Notes under the pieces: model-generated | What the model was told of the DNA's origin: nothing | What the model saw: the letters and a program-made list of their open reading frames with translations, nothing else | Database searches by the model: none | Shown here: positions 19,308-28,267 of the stretch, in pieces | Position numbering within the stretch: position 1 is the stretch's first letter | Layout: each line of letters opens with the position of its first letter | Position numbers and translations under genes: made by a program | Assembly: GCA_963668185.1 (NCBI GenBank) | Contig: OY764162.1 | Location: 2,660,478-2,724,477, forward strand | DNA: 64,000 nt | Origin: Dehalococcoidia bacterium | GTDB taxonomy: Bacteria; Chloroflexota; Dehalococcoidia; Lucifugimonadales; G963668185 | Reading direction: 5' to 3'

Positions 19308-20960
19308 ATGACATCGGAAGCAGATCCCCGGTCACGGGACAAGGCATCGATCTATGGCAGGTACAACAAGCCTGAACGCCACGTTCCGGTCGTGGTCGTC
19401 GGCGCCGGCGTCGCGGGGACAGCCGCAGCCGTCGAGGCGGCCAGGGCGGGAGTCGAGGTGCTCCTGATCGACGAGAACCCCATAGACCTCGGCATGATGT
19501 CTCTGGACGTTCCGCTTTTCTTCGGCCAGCGCATGCTTACCACCGTTCAGAACAGGGCAAGCATGCTCCAGCGTCTGGTCCTGTCCAGCGAGGGCCTCGC
19601 CGCCGCTGAGGAAGCGGGCGCGGAGTTGATGCTCGGCCATTACGTCTGGGGGGCCTTTCGCAACTCGGCCAACGTGCGGGAGTTGGAAGGGCCGATGGTC
19701 GGCGTGGCCGACGAAGACCGCACCTGGTGCATCGGGTACGACAGGCTCATCGTCGCCGCCGGCGCCCGCGACATGGGCATGGCCTTCCCCGGTTGGGACA
19801 AGGCCGGCGTGATGGGCGCCAACGGGGCGTGGTCCCTCATCAGCCGATACCGCGCGCTCACCTCGCAGCGCATGGTGATCGTCGGCTCCGGCGACCTGGG
19901 CCTGAAGACCGCCGAGGCCGCGCTCGATAACGGAGTGGAAGTCGCCGCCATCGTAGAAGTCGAGGACCGCGTGCTGGGAGACGAAGACCTGGCGCGGAAG
20001 CTGCGTGAGCGCGGCGTCGAAATGCACACGTCGCACACAGTCGCGAGCGCCGAGGGCTCGGGCGATGAGGTCGAGGGCGTCCGCATCGTTCAGGTTGACT
20101 CCGGTCTCAGGCCGGTGTCCGGGTCGGAGAAGGCGCTGGAGTGCGACACGATTGTGCTCGCGATCGGGCTGGTGCCGAACATAGAGCTTCTGGCCCTCCT
20201 GGGCGCGGACACGCCGTTCAGGTCTGAGCACGGCGGCTTCTCCGCCACGGTCGACGAGTGGATGCGGACCAGCGCTCCAAACGTGTACGCCGCCGGCGAC
20301 GTGGCCGGCTGGCACGGCGCGATGGCGCTGGACGACGAAATCGCGGCTCAGCAGGGCCGCCTCGCTGGGATGGCGGCGGCGGAGTCGCTCGGCGCGGCCA
20401 CCGGGGAACAGGCCCGCGAGCTGCGCTCGGAGTTGGACAGGCTGAACGGCGCCTCCCCAGGTCCTGTGCACGGCCATTTCCGCAAGTGGATGGTCTCTCA
20501 GATCAACGCGGACGGGTGGGGAGCCTACACGTGTCTGTGCGAGGAGGTCACTCGCCGGGAGCTATGCGACGTGCAGCCGCCGAGGTACCTGGAGTGGCAA
20601 TCGGAGCAGATGAGCGCCCGCAGCCTTTCCACGCTCTTGGAAGACGGCCCGGTCAACCAGGACCAGATCAAGAGGCTCACCAGGGCGGGGATGGGCTACT
20701 GCCAGGGGAGGCGATGCCGCGAGCAGGTCTCGCTCCTGCTGGCCGAGGAAGCGGGGATCGACGTATCACAGATTCCCATGCCCACATACCGCCCGCCGGT
20801 CAGGCCGTTGCCCCTGCGCATCATGTCCGCGGAAGACGAAGACGAAGAGACCCGTGAGCATTGGACCGGTTGGTTCGGATTCGAAAGGATCTTCAGGTCA
20901 GGCGTTGGGGGGCTTGGGCCTCCTCCCGGCCGTCGCCGCCGGTGGAGGACTGTCCGATAG
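19308..20960 (+). CDS. FAD/NAD-dependent oxidoreductase with C-terminal BFD-like [2Fe-2S] domain (opine oxidase A/HcnB/sarcosine oxidase alpha-like)
   Basis: GAGVAG, LIVAAGA, VYAAGD, CLCEEVT...KRLTRAGMGYCQGRRC. Confidence 0.85.
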   Translation: MTSEADPRSRDKASIYGRYNKPERHVPVVVVGAGVAGTAAAVEAARAGVEVLLIDENPIDLGMMSLDVPLFFGQRMLTTVQNRASMLQRLVLSSEGLAAAEEAGAELMLGHYVWGAFRNSANVRELEGPMVGVADEDRTWCIGYDRLIVAAGARDMGMAFPGWDKAGVMGANGAWSLISRYRALTSQRMVIVGSGDLGLKTAEAALDNGVEVAAIVEVEDRVLGDEDLARKLRERGVEMHTSHTVASAEGSGDEVEGVRIVQVDSGLRPVSGSEKALECDTIVLAIGLVPNIELLALLGADTPFRSEHGGFSATVDEWMRTSAPNVYAAGDVAGWHGAMALDDEIAAQQGRLAGMAAAESLGAATGEQARELRSELDRLNGASPGPVHGHFRKWMVSQINADGWGAYTCLCEEVTRRELCDVQPPRYLEWQSEQMSARSLSTLLEDGPVNQDQIKRLTRAGMGYCQGRRCREQVSLLLAEEAGIDVSQIPMPTYRPPVRPLPLRIMSAEDEDEETREHWTGWFGFERIFRSGVGGLGPPPGRRRRWRTVR

Positions 20961-21108
20961 ACGTTAGGCGCGGTTCCGTTTCGTTCGTGGTGAGCCTGTC
21001 GAACCATGAGCGGGCTGCTGACCTCTATACTAGGTCGTCACCTATAACGAAACGGAAACGTATGCGCGCTGGCAATGACACGCTTGCGAGAGCAATCAGG
21101 AGGAAACG

Positions 21109-22263
21109 ATGGCACAGGTAGATGGAGCGACAGTCGTCGTAATCGGCGGCGGCGTGATCGGGCTTAGCTCGGCATGGTGGCTGGCCCGAAGCGAGGTCGA
21201 TGTCATCGTTATCGAGAGAGGGTTCGTCGGAGGCGAGGCTTCCGGGCGCAATGGCGGGCAGACGCTTCACCTGTACAGCCCGTTCGGCATGGAGGAACAG
21301 CGCCTCTGGCCGATGATGGACGAGATGCTCGGCTACCCCACCGAGTGGCACGTTGGCAACATGTCCGTCGGCTTTGACGAGGACTCGCTGGAGTTCCAGA
21401 AGCAGATGGTCCAGCGAGAGTTGGACATGGGCTTCAAAGCCGAGGTTATCGACGCCCAGCAGGTGAGGGAGCTCGTGCCTCTCATAAACAGGGACGTCGT
21501 AGGCGGAATCAAGCGGCAGCACGGCGGCCACGCCAATCCGCAGCGCACGGTGCAGGCGTTCGCGTGGGCGCTGCAGGACCTGGGCGGCCGCATATACCAG
21601 AATCACACCGCCACGGGGTTGACGGTTGAGGGAGACCGCGTCACTTCCGTGATCACCGACAGGGGCGAGTTCGCCGCCGATTACGTGATCAACGCGGCAG
21701 GCCCGTCCACGGGCATGATCGCCGAGATGGCCGGCGTGGATCTACCGCTCGCGCACGGACGCGTCGAGCAGATCGTGACCGAGCCGCTCCCTCCAATGTG
21801 GCCCGGCAACGTGGCCGGCAACGGCGTGTACGGTCGTCAGACCAAGCGCGGCAATCTCGCGTACGGCGGAGGCCCACACGAATGGATCGACGTCACCGAC
21901 CTGTCTGAGCCGGAGAAGCGCACGACGCCGCTAATCCGGAATCTGGCCCGCCGCGTGATGCACCTCTACGGCGAAGCGAGGGACCTTCGCGTCATCCGGA
22001 GTTGGGGCGGCGTCGTAGAGCAGACGCCCGACGGGCAGCCCGTTATCGACAGGCTGGACAACCCGTCCAACTTCATCATTGCCACCATGTCCAGCGTCGG
22101 CTTCGGCCTGTCGCCGGCCGTCGGCAGGGCAGTAAGCGAACTCGTCATCAGCGGCGAGGTGAGCTTCACGGACATCAGCGAACTGAGCATGAGCCGGTTC
22201 GCCGATGTTGGCCCCAACTGGCGGGAAGAACAGGGCTGGATTCCCGCCCCCCAGCGCGAATAG
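21109..22263 (+). CDS. DAO-family FAD-dependent oxidoreductase (opine oxidase B/HcnC/sarcosine oxidase beta-like)
   Basis: GGGVIG, ASGRNGG, INAAG, TPDGQPVI, GFGLSPAVG. Confidence 0.88.
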   Translation: MAQVDGATVVVIGGGVIGLSSAWWLARSEVDVIVIERGFVGGEASGRNGGQTLHLYSPFGMEEQRLWPMMDEMLGYPTEWHVGNMSVGFDEDSLEFQKQMVQRELDMGFKAEVIDAQQVRELVPLINRDVVGGIKRQHGGHANPQRTVQAFAWALQDLGGRIYQNHTATGLTVEGDRVTSVITDRGEFAADYVINAAGPSTGMIAEMAGVDLPLAHGRVEQIVTEPLPPMWPGNVAGNGVYGRQTKRGNLAYGGGPHEWIDVTDLSEPEKRTTPLIRNLARRVMHLYGEARDLRVIRSWGGVVEQTPDGQPVIDRLDNPSNFIIATMSSVGFGLSPAVGRAVSELVISGEVSFTDISELSMSRFADVGPNWREEQGWIPAPQRE

Positions 22264-22284
22264 CTCTATCGCTGGGCGGCTGCC

Positions 22285-23265
22285 TTAGCCGTCCGCGCCT
22301 GAAGTGTGCGCCACCGGCAGGGGTTCGGTGGGAGCGGCGATCTTCGCTTGCTCGGTCCTCTTCTTTATCCGTTTTGGCAGGCGGATCATTGCCTGCTTGG
22401 CGACCGAAGCTCCGTAGAGGAATATGATCGCGGCAGTCCAGGCGCCGCCCAGCAGGATTACCGCGGAGCTCAGGGAGCCGTAAACCGCGTTCCGTTCTCC
22501 CAGCAGGTCCGCCGACCAGAGGAACAGCAGCTTAATCGGCTCGTGGATGAACACCGCGGTGCACGCGCCGATTATCGGCCCGCGCCATCCGATCCGTACT
22601 CCCGGCGCGACCTTGTAAACGATCGCGAACGCGCATCCTGTGAGTACGAACGGGACAATCAGCGTAACGTACTCGATCATGCGAAGTACGGCGGGGTTGA
22701 AGGTGGGCGCCACCTCGTTCGCTTCCACCGCGTGCGCCGCAAGCCGGAACGCGATGCCCATTCCAATGGAAATCAGGAAGACTATGCTCATCAACGCGGT
22801 CACTACCAGGCCGGTTGCGCTGCTTACCGACCACGTCGGAGGCCTGCGTCCGTACACCCGGTTCACCGCTCGGCTTGCGGCCATGAAGAGCCCCAACGAC
22901 CCTATCAGCACGCCTCCCAGCGCCACCACGCTGGCAGCCACCCTGGCGTGGAAGAGCTGGTCCACGGCCGATTGCAGAAAGTCGCCGGACGTCGGGAGGA
23001 AGAAGATGACCATGTCGGTAATGGACCTTCGCAGGAACTCCTCGTCCACGAACGCAGACAACACCAGGATAGTCAAAGAGGCCATCGGGAACAGGGACAG
23101 AATCGTGAAGAAGGCCAGCGTCGCGGCCAGATCGGGCCCGTCGCGCCGCATGAGATGCACGAGGGCCGTCCAGAAGAAGCGGACCACGCGCCGCGCGCCG
23201 GCGCGGACCTGCGGCACATGGGTGTCTCGCAGGTTGGAGGCGATCTCTGCTCTGTCGATTCTCAT
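22285..23265 (-). CDS. YihY/BrkB family membrane protein
   Basis: AATLAFFTILSLFP, ASRAVNRVY, YGSLSSAVILL, FLYGA pattern. Confidence 0.85.
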   Translation of the reverse strand: MRIDRAEIASNLRDTHVPQVRAGARRVVRFFWTALVHLMRRDGPDLAATLAFFTILSLFPMASLTILVLSAFVDEEFLRRSITDMVIFFLPTSGDFLQSAVDQLFHARVAASVVALGGVLIGSLGLFMAASRAVNRVYGRRPPTWSVSSATGLVVTALMSIVFLISIGMGIAFRLAAHAVEANEVAPTFNPAVLRMIEYVTLIVPFVLTGCAFAIVYKVAPGVRIGWRGPIIGACTAVFIHEPIKLLFLWSADLLGERNAVYGSLSSAVILLGGAWTAAIIFLYGASVAKQAMIRLPKRIKKRTEQAKIAAPTEPLPVAHTSGADG

Positions 23266-23547
23266 GAGATTGACACAGAACGCAATGCGCCCCTTGCTGC
23301 GCGCGAGTCAGTTCGCTTGGATGCCGTGCGCAGCCCTGGGTCCGGTTGGTGCGGTGTGCTGTCCATTAGTTGATCGGGCATCAGAATAGCGCAAAACTCG
23401 GTCTCCTGTCACCTTGCGCAGTCCTTTCGTATCTGTTCAGACCCCGTGAGATGCAAGTCCGTTCGCCCTGAGCCTGTCGAAGGGCACGCCCTCAGCCGAC
23501 GCCCGTTATGGTTCGACAAGCTCCCGAATCCGCTCATGGTGGGCTTA

Positions 23548-23904
23548 TCAGTCTTCGGAATCGTAGTCGTACACGGCGGGCAGCGGCTCCTCCGCTCCGG
23601 CCCTTTGTACTTCCGAGCCCGGCCCTGAGTCATCCGCGAACCGGGCCATCGGAATCGCCGGCATGGTCATCACGTCCACGCCGGCGGACTGGCCGAGGTG
23701 GACGGAGTACCGCGCGACGGCCTCGTTGTCCGGCGCCTCCACGATGTTCACAAAATCGTAGCTGCCCAGAACTGCGTACACGCCAAGCAGATTTACGTCG
23801 GGCGACTTTATCTGCCGCTGGGCATGTAGCAGCGAGTCCGGCTCATGGGTCAGCTTCTCCCGCCCGTCAGGCAGCAGCTTCAGTAGCTGGATGAACGTTG
23901 GCAT
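23548..23904 (-). CDS. GYD domain-containing protein
   Basis: LGSYDFVNIVEAPD motif and typical length. Confidence 0.8.
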   Translation of the reverse strand: MPTFIQLLKLLPDGREKLTHEPDSLLHAQRQIKSPDVNLLGVYAVLGSYDFVNIVEAPDNEAVARYSVHLGQSAGVDVMTMPAIPMARFADDSGPGSEVQRAGAEEPLPAVYDYDSED

Positions 23905-23976
23905 TCTGGCACTCCTTCTAGGTCGTTACATAGGCTACTATGATTGGTGCGTGGAATCATCTTTGGAGAAGAGACA

Positions 23977-24522
23977 ATGAGCGCACGTCCCGCAAGAATG
24001 AGCGACGAAGCCGTCTCAGCCGCCACCGGCAGAGACTGGAGCGAGTGGTTCGCCGTCCTCGATGACGCGGGCGCCGCGAAGATGAAGCACGCCGACATTG
24101 CCCGCATGGTCGGCGTGCAGCACGAAGTCTCCGGCTGGTGGGCGCAGACCGTGACCGTGGAGTATGAGCGCGAGCGCGGCCTGCGGGACGTCCACCAGAC
24201 CGCGCGCGGCTACGAAGTCAGCGTGAGCAAGACGGTTCCAGCGTCCGTCGAGTCCCTGTTCGCCGTGTGGGACGACGACCGCCGGCGCGGAGAATGGCTC
24301 GGCGCGTCCATGAAATCCAGAAAGGCTAACCTGAACAAGTCCATGCGCTTGGAGACGGGTGAGCGCGGCAGCGACCTGTCCGTCAGCTTCTACCCCAGGG
24401 CGCATGACCGCTGTCAGGTCGTGGTCCAGCAGACCAAGCTCGCCGATCGCGATGAAGTAGAAGACCGCCGCGCCTTCTGGAAAGACGCCCTGGCACAGTT
24501 GCCGGATGCCGCCCAGCCATAG
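23977..24522 (+). CDS. DUF4287-like/SRPBCC-like hypothetical protein
   Basis: DEAVSAATGRDWSEW...HADIA...GWWAQTVTVEYER N-terminus and a START-like C-terminus. Confidence 0.65.
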   Translation: MSARPARMSDEAVSAATGRDWSEWFAVLDDAGAAKMKHADIARMVGVQHEVSGWWAQTVTVEYERERGLRDVHQTARGYEVSVSKTVPASVESLFAVWDDDRRRGEWLGASMKSRKANLNKSMRLETGERGSDLSVSFYPRAHDRCQVVVQQTKLADRDEVEDRRAFWKDALAQLPDAAQP

Positions 24523-24542
24523 TTCGTTCGCCGCAACCCCGC

Positions 24543-24604
24543 GTAGGGGCGCTTCGCGAAGCGCCCTCCCCCGTTCGTGGTGAGCTTGTTCGAACCATGA
24601 ACGG
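24543..24604. repeat. GTAG hairpin plus CCGTTCGTGGTGAGCTTG-type hairpin
   Basis: GTAGGGGCGCTTCGCGAAGCGCCC then CCGTTCGTGGTGAGCTTGTTCGAACCATGAACGG. Confidence 0.8.
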
Positions 24605-24621
24605 CACGTCCGCCCCTGCGT

Positions 24622-24650
24622 TTGATTCGAGACGCGCTCGCTCGTAGAAT
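24622..24650 (+). promoter_or_regulatory. Sigma70-type promoter for the GcvT-family gene
   Basis: TTGATT, 17-bp spacer, TAGAAT. Confidence 0.5.
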
Positions 24651-24727
24651 TCGGAGCAAGCCGTACACGCAGACCCCGCCGGGCTGTCGTGCGTACATAC
24701 GGACATCCATAGATTCAGGAGAAAACA

Positions 24728-25864
24728 ATGCCGCAGGTAAATCCAGACAGGACGCAGTTGTTGGGACCGCGTTACGTGTTCTCGCCCTACTTCGAGGCCA
24801 CGGAACAGGCCGGAGCCTTCCAGTACGTCCCTTACAATCGCGTCCATTGGCCCGTAAACTACGGCAACGACCCGGACGAGCAGTACAGCGCCGTCACCGA
24901 GCGCGTAGGGCTGATGGACGTCGCCTGCGAGCGCCCCGTAGAGATCCGCGGCCCGGACGCCCAGTCCTTCACCGACTACCTGTGCACGCGCGACCTCTCC
25001 ACCATCGGCGCTGACCAGGCGCGCCACACCGCCGTCTGCGAGCCAGACGGCACCCTCTACTGCGAGGCCATGGTCCTGAAGCTGGAGGACGATGTCATGT
25101 GGGTCTTCAACGGCCCCTCCGACTTCGACATCTGGGCGCGCGCCATAGCCGCCCACACCGACTACGACATCACGGAAATCCTCGTCACGAGAGTTGCCCC
25201 GATCGGTCTCCAGGGGCCGAGGTCCTACGACATCATGAAGGCAGTGGCCCCGGCAGCCGCCGACATGCGCTTCTTCCGCTGGGTGCGCGTTCCGATCGCT
25301 GGCGTGGACACCGTTGTCGTGCGGAGCGGATGGAGCGGCGAGTACGGCTTCGAGCTATGCCCCGTAAACGCGAGCGAGGCGATGGGCGTCTGGAATGCGC
25401 TCGTCGATGAGGGCGAGCAGCACGGCCTCATGATCACCAGCATGACCGGCCCCCGCTACGAGCGGGGCGTAACCGACACCACGCACGGCTGGAACCTCGG
25501 CCTGAACCCCTACGAAGCGCGGCTGGGCCGAGTGGTCAACCTGAACGCCGGCCCGTTCGTCGGCAAAGAAGCCCTGCAGCGCATCCATGACGAAGGCCCA
25601 AGCCGCAAGTCCGTCGGCTTGTTCCTGGACGTGGAGTCGCTCCCGCGCATGGAAGCGAACTGGCCCGTAACCTCCGAAGGCAGGAGCGCAGGCGTCCTTC
25701 TGGACTACACCTACTCCCGCATGTTCGGTCGCCACATCGCCCGCGCCCTCGTGGACGCCTCCATAGAGGTCGGCCAGACCATAACCATCCACCACCCGGA
25801 TGGCGAAGCCAGCGCCGAAGTCACGACCATCCCGTTCCCAGACTCCGGCACCGCCAAAGCCTGA
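24728..25864 (+). CDS. Aminomethyltransferase-family (GcvT/DmdA-like) folate-binding protein
   Basis: VGLMDVACERPVEIRGPDA, LQGPRS, RSGWSGEYGFE. Confidence 0.85.
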   Translation: MPQVNPDRTQLLGPRYVFSPYFEATEQAGAFQYVPYNRVHWPVNYGNDPDEQYSAVTERVGLMDVACERPVEIRGPDAQSFTDYLCTRDLSTIGADQARHTAVCEPDGTLYCEAMVLKLEDDVMWVFNGPSDFDIWARAIAAHTDYDITEILVTRVAPIGLQGPRSYDIMKAVAPAAADMRFFRWVRVPIAGVDTVVVRSGWSGEYGFELCPVNASEAMGVWNALVDEGEQHGLMITSMTGPRYERGVTDTTHGWNLGLNPYEARLGRVVNLNAGPFVGKEALQRIHDEGPSRKSVGLFLDVESLPRMEANWPVTSEGRSAGVLLDYTYSRMFGRHIARALVDASIEVGQTITIHHPDGEASAEVTTIPFPDSGTAKA

Positions 25865-25994
25865 ACCACTAATTCTTGAAAGGAGCGCCTCCTACCCCTG
25901 TCACTCCGAACACCCATACTGTCATTTCGAGCGAAGCGAGAAATCTAACAGTGCCCGTACGCATGACACGCTGCTCTCTGGCTGAGACCCTCGC

Positions 25995-26738
25995 ATGACC
26001 GCGGCGCCAGAATTCATCCTCGGCTTCGATCCAGGTGGACAGAAAGCCTTTGGCTGGAGCGTATGCAAACGGGACCGTGACGGCAGATTGTGCCGTGTGG
26101 AGACTGGTGTGGTGAGTAACGCCGAAGAAGCACTCTGTGCAGTCAAGGGGAAAGTTGGAGCCTCCAGAGTCTTGGCAACAGGCATCGACGCTCCATTACT
26201 CTGGAGCAAGAAGGGGAATAGAGAGATTGACCGCAAGATCAGATGCGAGTTGAGTGAGAAGTGTTTCGAGACACGCTGCCGGAAGAGAAGCAAGAGACAA
26301 GTGCACGAAACGGTTCAGCACATCAATAGTTTACGAGGTGCGTGCACAGTTCAAGGTGTCTTGCTGGCAAAGTATCTTAGCGAAGAGCATCCCCATGCAA
26401 AGATTACGGAGACGCATCCCAAGGCCTTGTCCTTTCTGCTAAGGTGCGAGTGCGAATGCTCGAAAGAGCACGAGTGTCAGGACGAATGCAGAGAGCTTTG
26501 TCGCTTGCTAGAAGCTACACTAGATAAGAAGAAAGTTGAGGAACACCAATGCGGAAAGGAGGAGCCCAAGCGAGACAGGCGCGATGCCGTCATTTCTGCG
26601 TATGCCGCTTGGTCAATGCTCAATCAACTTGAGTTGAAGCCCCATGACCGCACATGGAGTAATCTTTACGAGCAGGAACCCAATCCTCTTCGACCATTCG
26701 GCACTTGCGTAAGCTACTGGATGCCAATTACGCCATAG
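25995..26738 (+). CDS. DUF429-like predicted nuclease (RNase H-like)
   Basis: GFDPGG N-terminus, GIDAPL, ITETHP, RRDAVISAYAA; visibly lower GC than its neighbours. Confidence 0.7.
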   Translation: MTAAPEFILGFDPGGQKAFGWSVCKRDRDGRLCRVETGVVSNAEEALCAVKGKVGASRVLATGIDAPLLWSKKGNREIDRKIRCELSEKCFETRCRKRSKRQVHETVQHINSLRGACTVQGVLLAKYLSEEHPHAKITETHPKALSFLLRCECECSKEHECQDECRELCRLLEATLDKKKVEEHQCGKEEPKRDRRDAVISAYAAWSMLNQLELKPHDRTWSNLYEQEPNPLRPFGTCVSYWMPITP

Positions 26739-26753
26739 TGAGGAGCACTCCCC

Positions 26754-28148
26754 ATGACCCATCCTGACATCGCCCTGATGGCCCACCTGATGCGCCGCGC
26801 CGGCTTCGGCGCTCCCAGGACCGAGCTCGAAGCACGCGCCGCCGCCGGCTACGAGGCCACCGTCGAAGAGCTTCTGTCCCCCGAAGACCAGGAGCCGGTG
26901 GACATCTTCGAGTTCCTGCGCTACCACCCAAGCCACTGGAAGCCCGGCACCCTCGGCGGCGTCGGCCAGGCAAGCTGGGTGTACCGCATGATCGCCACCA
27001 ACGCGCCGCTCCAGGAGAAGATGACCCTCTTCTGGCACCAGATCTTCGCCACAGGCGTCTCCAAGGTCGACCACTACCACGAAGTAACCGCCATGGTGGA
27101 CATGTTCCGGGACATCGGCATGGGCAAGTTCCGCGACATCGTCACCGGCGTCGCTAAGAACCCGGCCATGATCTTCTGGCTCGACAACCACGAGAACCAC
27201 GCATACGCCGTCAACGAGAACTGGGGCAGGGAGCTTCTCGAACTCTTCACCATGGGCGTCGGCAACTACACTGAGGAAGACGTTTACGAGGCCAGCCGCG
27301 CCTTCACGGGCTGGACGATAACGCCCAACCTGCCGCGGTTCACCATGGGCCGGTTCGACTGGGAGTTTGAGTACCGCGACCACGATCACGACCACACGGA
27401 GAAGAACTTCCTCGGTCACACCGGCAACTTCAACGGCGAAGACGTGATCGAGATCATCCTCGACCACCCGCAGTGCTCCCGGTTCATCGCCCGCCACCTG
27501 TACAACTACTTCGTTGCGGACGAGCCGCAGGTCCCCGCATGGAACGACACGCCGCCCAGGGACCCGGAGGCCGTTGAGGCTATAGCCGCCGCCCTGCGAG
27601 AGTCGGACTACGACATGCGCCACGCCCTGCGTGTGCTCTTCAACTCGGACTTCTTCAAGGACGCCCGCTTTGCCAGGGTGAAAAGCCCGGCTGAGGCCGT
27701 CATCGGCGCCCTGCGCCTCGCCGGCGGCAACGACTTTCCCGGCCCCTTCATGGTCGACTACGCTGAGGCCATCACCAACATGGGACAGGAGTTGCTGAAC
27801 CCGCCCTCGGTTGAAGGCTGGCACACCGGCGTCGAGTGGATCAACACAGGCTCCTCGGTCAAGAGGATCAACTTCTTCGCGGAGGTCCTGGGCGACGTGG
27901 GCCGCCCCGGCATTCACGAAATGCTCACTCGATTGAAGGCCCGGGGCGAGCTTTCGCCCGACGAGTTCGTCGACGGCTGTCTGGACCTCATGGGCCCCGT
28001 CGAAGTGACCGAGGACACTCACCGCGAGCTTGTAGATCACGCCGCCCAGTCCGGCCCGGTCGACTGGACCGGCAACGGGGCGTCGGAGACGCGCTTCTCC
28101 GAGATGGTGCAGTTGATCGCGTCCACAAGAGACTACCAGTTCGCATAG
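26754..28148 (+). CDS. DUF1800 family protein
   Basis: HLMRRAGFG, LQEKMTLFWH, NENWGRELLELFTMG, PPSVEGW. Confidence 0.9.
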   Translation: MTHPDIALMAHLMRRAGFGAPRTELEARAAAGYEATVEELLSPEDQEPVDIFEFLRYHPSHWKPGTLGGVGQASWVYRMIATNAPLQEKMTLFWHQIFATGVSKVDHYHEVTAMVDMFRDIGMGKFRDIVTGVAKNPAMIFWLDNHENHAYAVNENWGRELLELFTMGVGNYTEEDVYEASRAFTGWTITPNLPRFTMGRFDWEFEYRDHDHDHTEKNFLGHTGNFNGEDVIEIILDHPQCSRFIARHLYNYFVADEPQVPAWNDTPPRDPEAVEAIAAALRESDYDMRHALRVLFNSDFFKDARFARVKSPAEAVIGALRLAGGNDFPGPFMVDYAEAITNMGQELLNPPSVEGWHTGVEWINTGSSVKRINFFAEVLGDVGRPGIHEMLTRLKARGELSPDEFVDGCLDLMGPVEVTEDTHRELVDHAAQSGPVDWTGNGASETRFSEMVQLIASTRDYQFA

Positions 28149-28192
28149 GGAAGCAGCGCCGTGACCACTCAAATCATCGCCAACACAATCAA

Positions 28193-28229
28193 CCCCTTCC
28201 CCAGTCTGCTGGGGAAGGCTGGGATGGGG
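28193..28229 (+). repeat. CCCTTCCCCAGTCTGCTGGGGAAGG-type hairpin repeat
   Basis: Same family as 3056, 41918 and the copies inside 50597-51850. Confidence 0.85.
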
Positions 28230-28267
28230 TTCTGCATCGCACGAATGGGATCCGGTGAGGTTCGCTA

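Noticed and set aside
24651-24727. Possible glycine or THF riboswitch before the GcvT-like gene
   Set aside because: Only an imperfect stem; I could not find the conserved aptamer motifs
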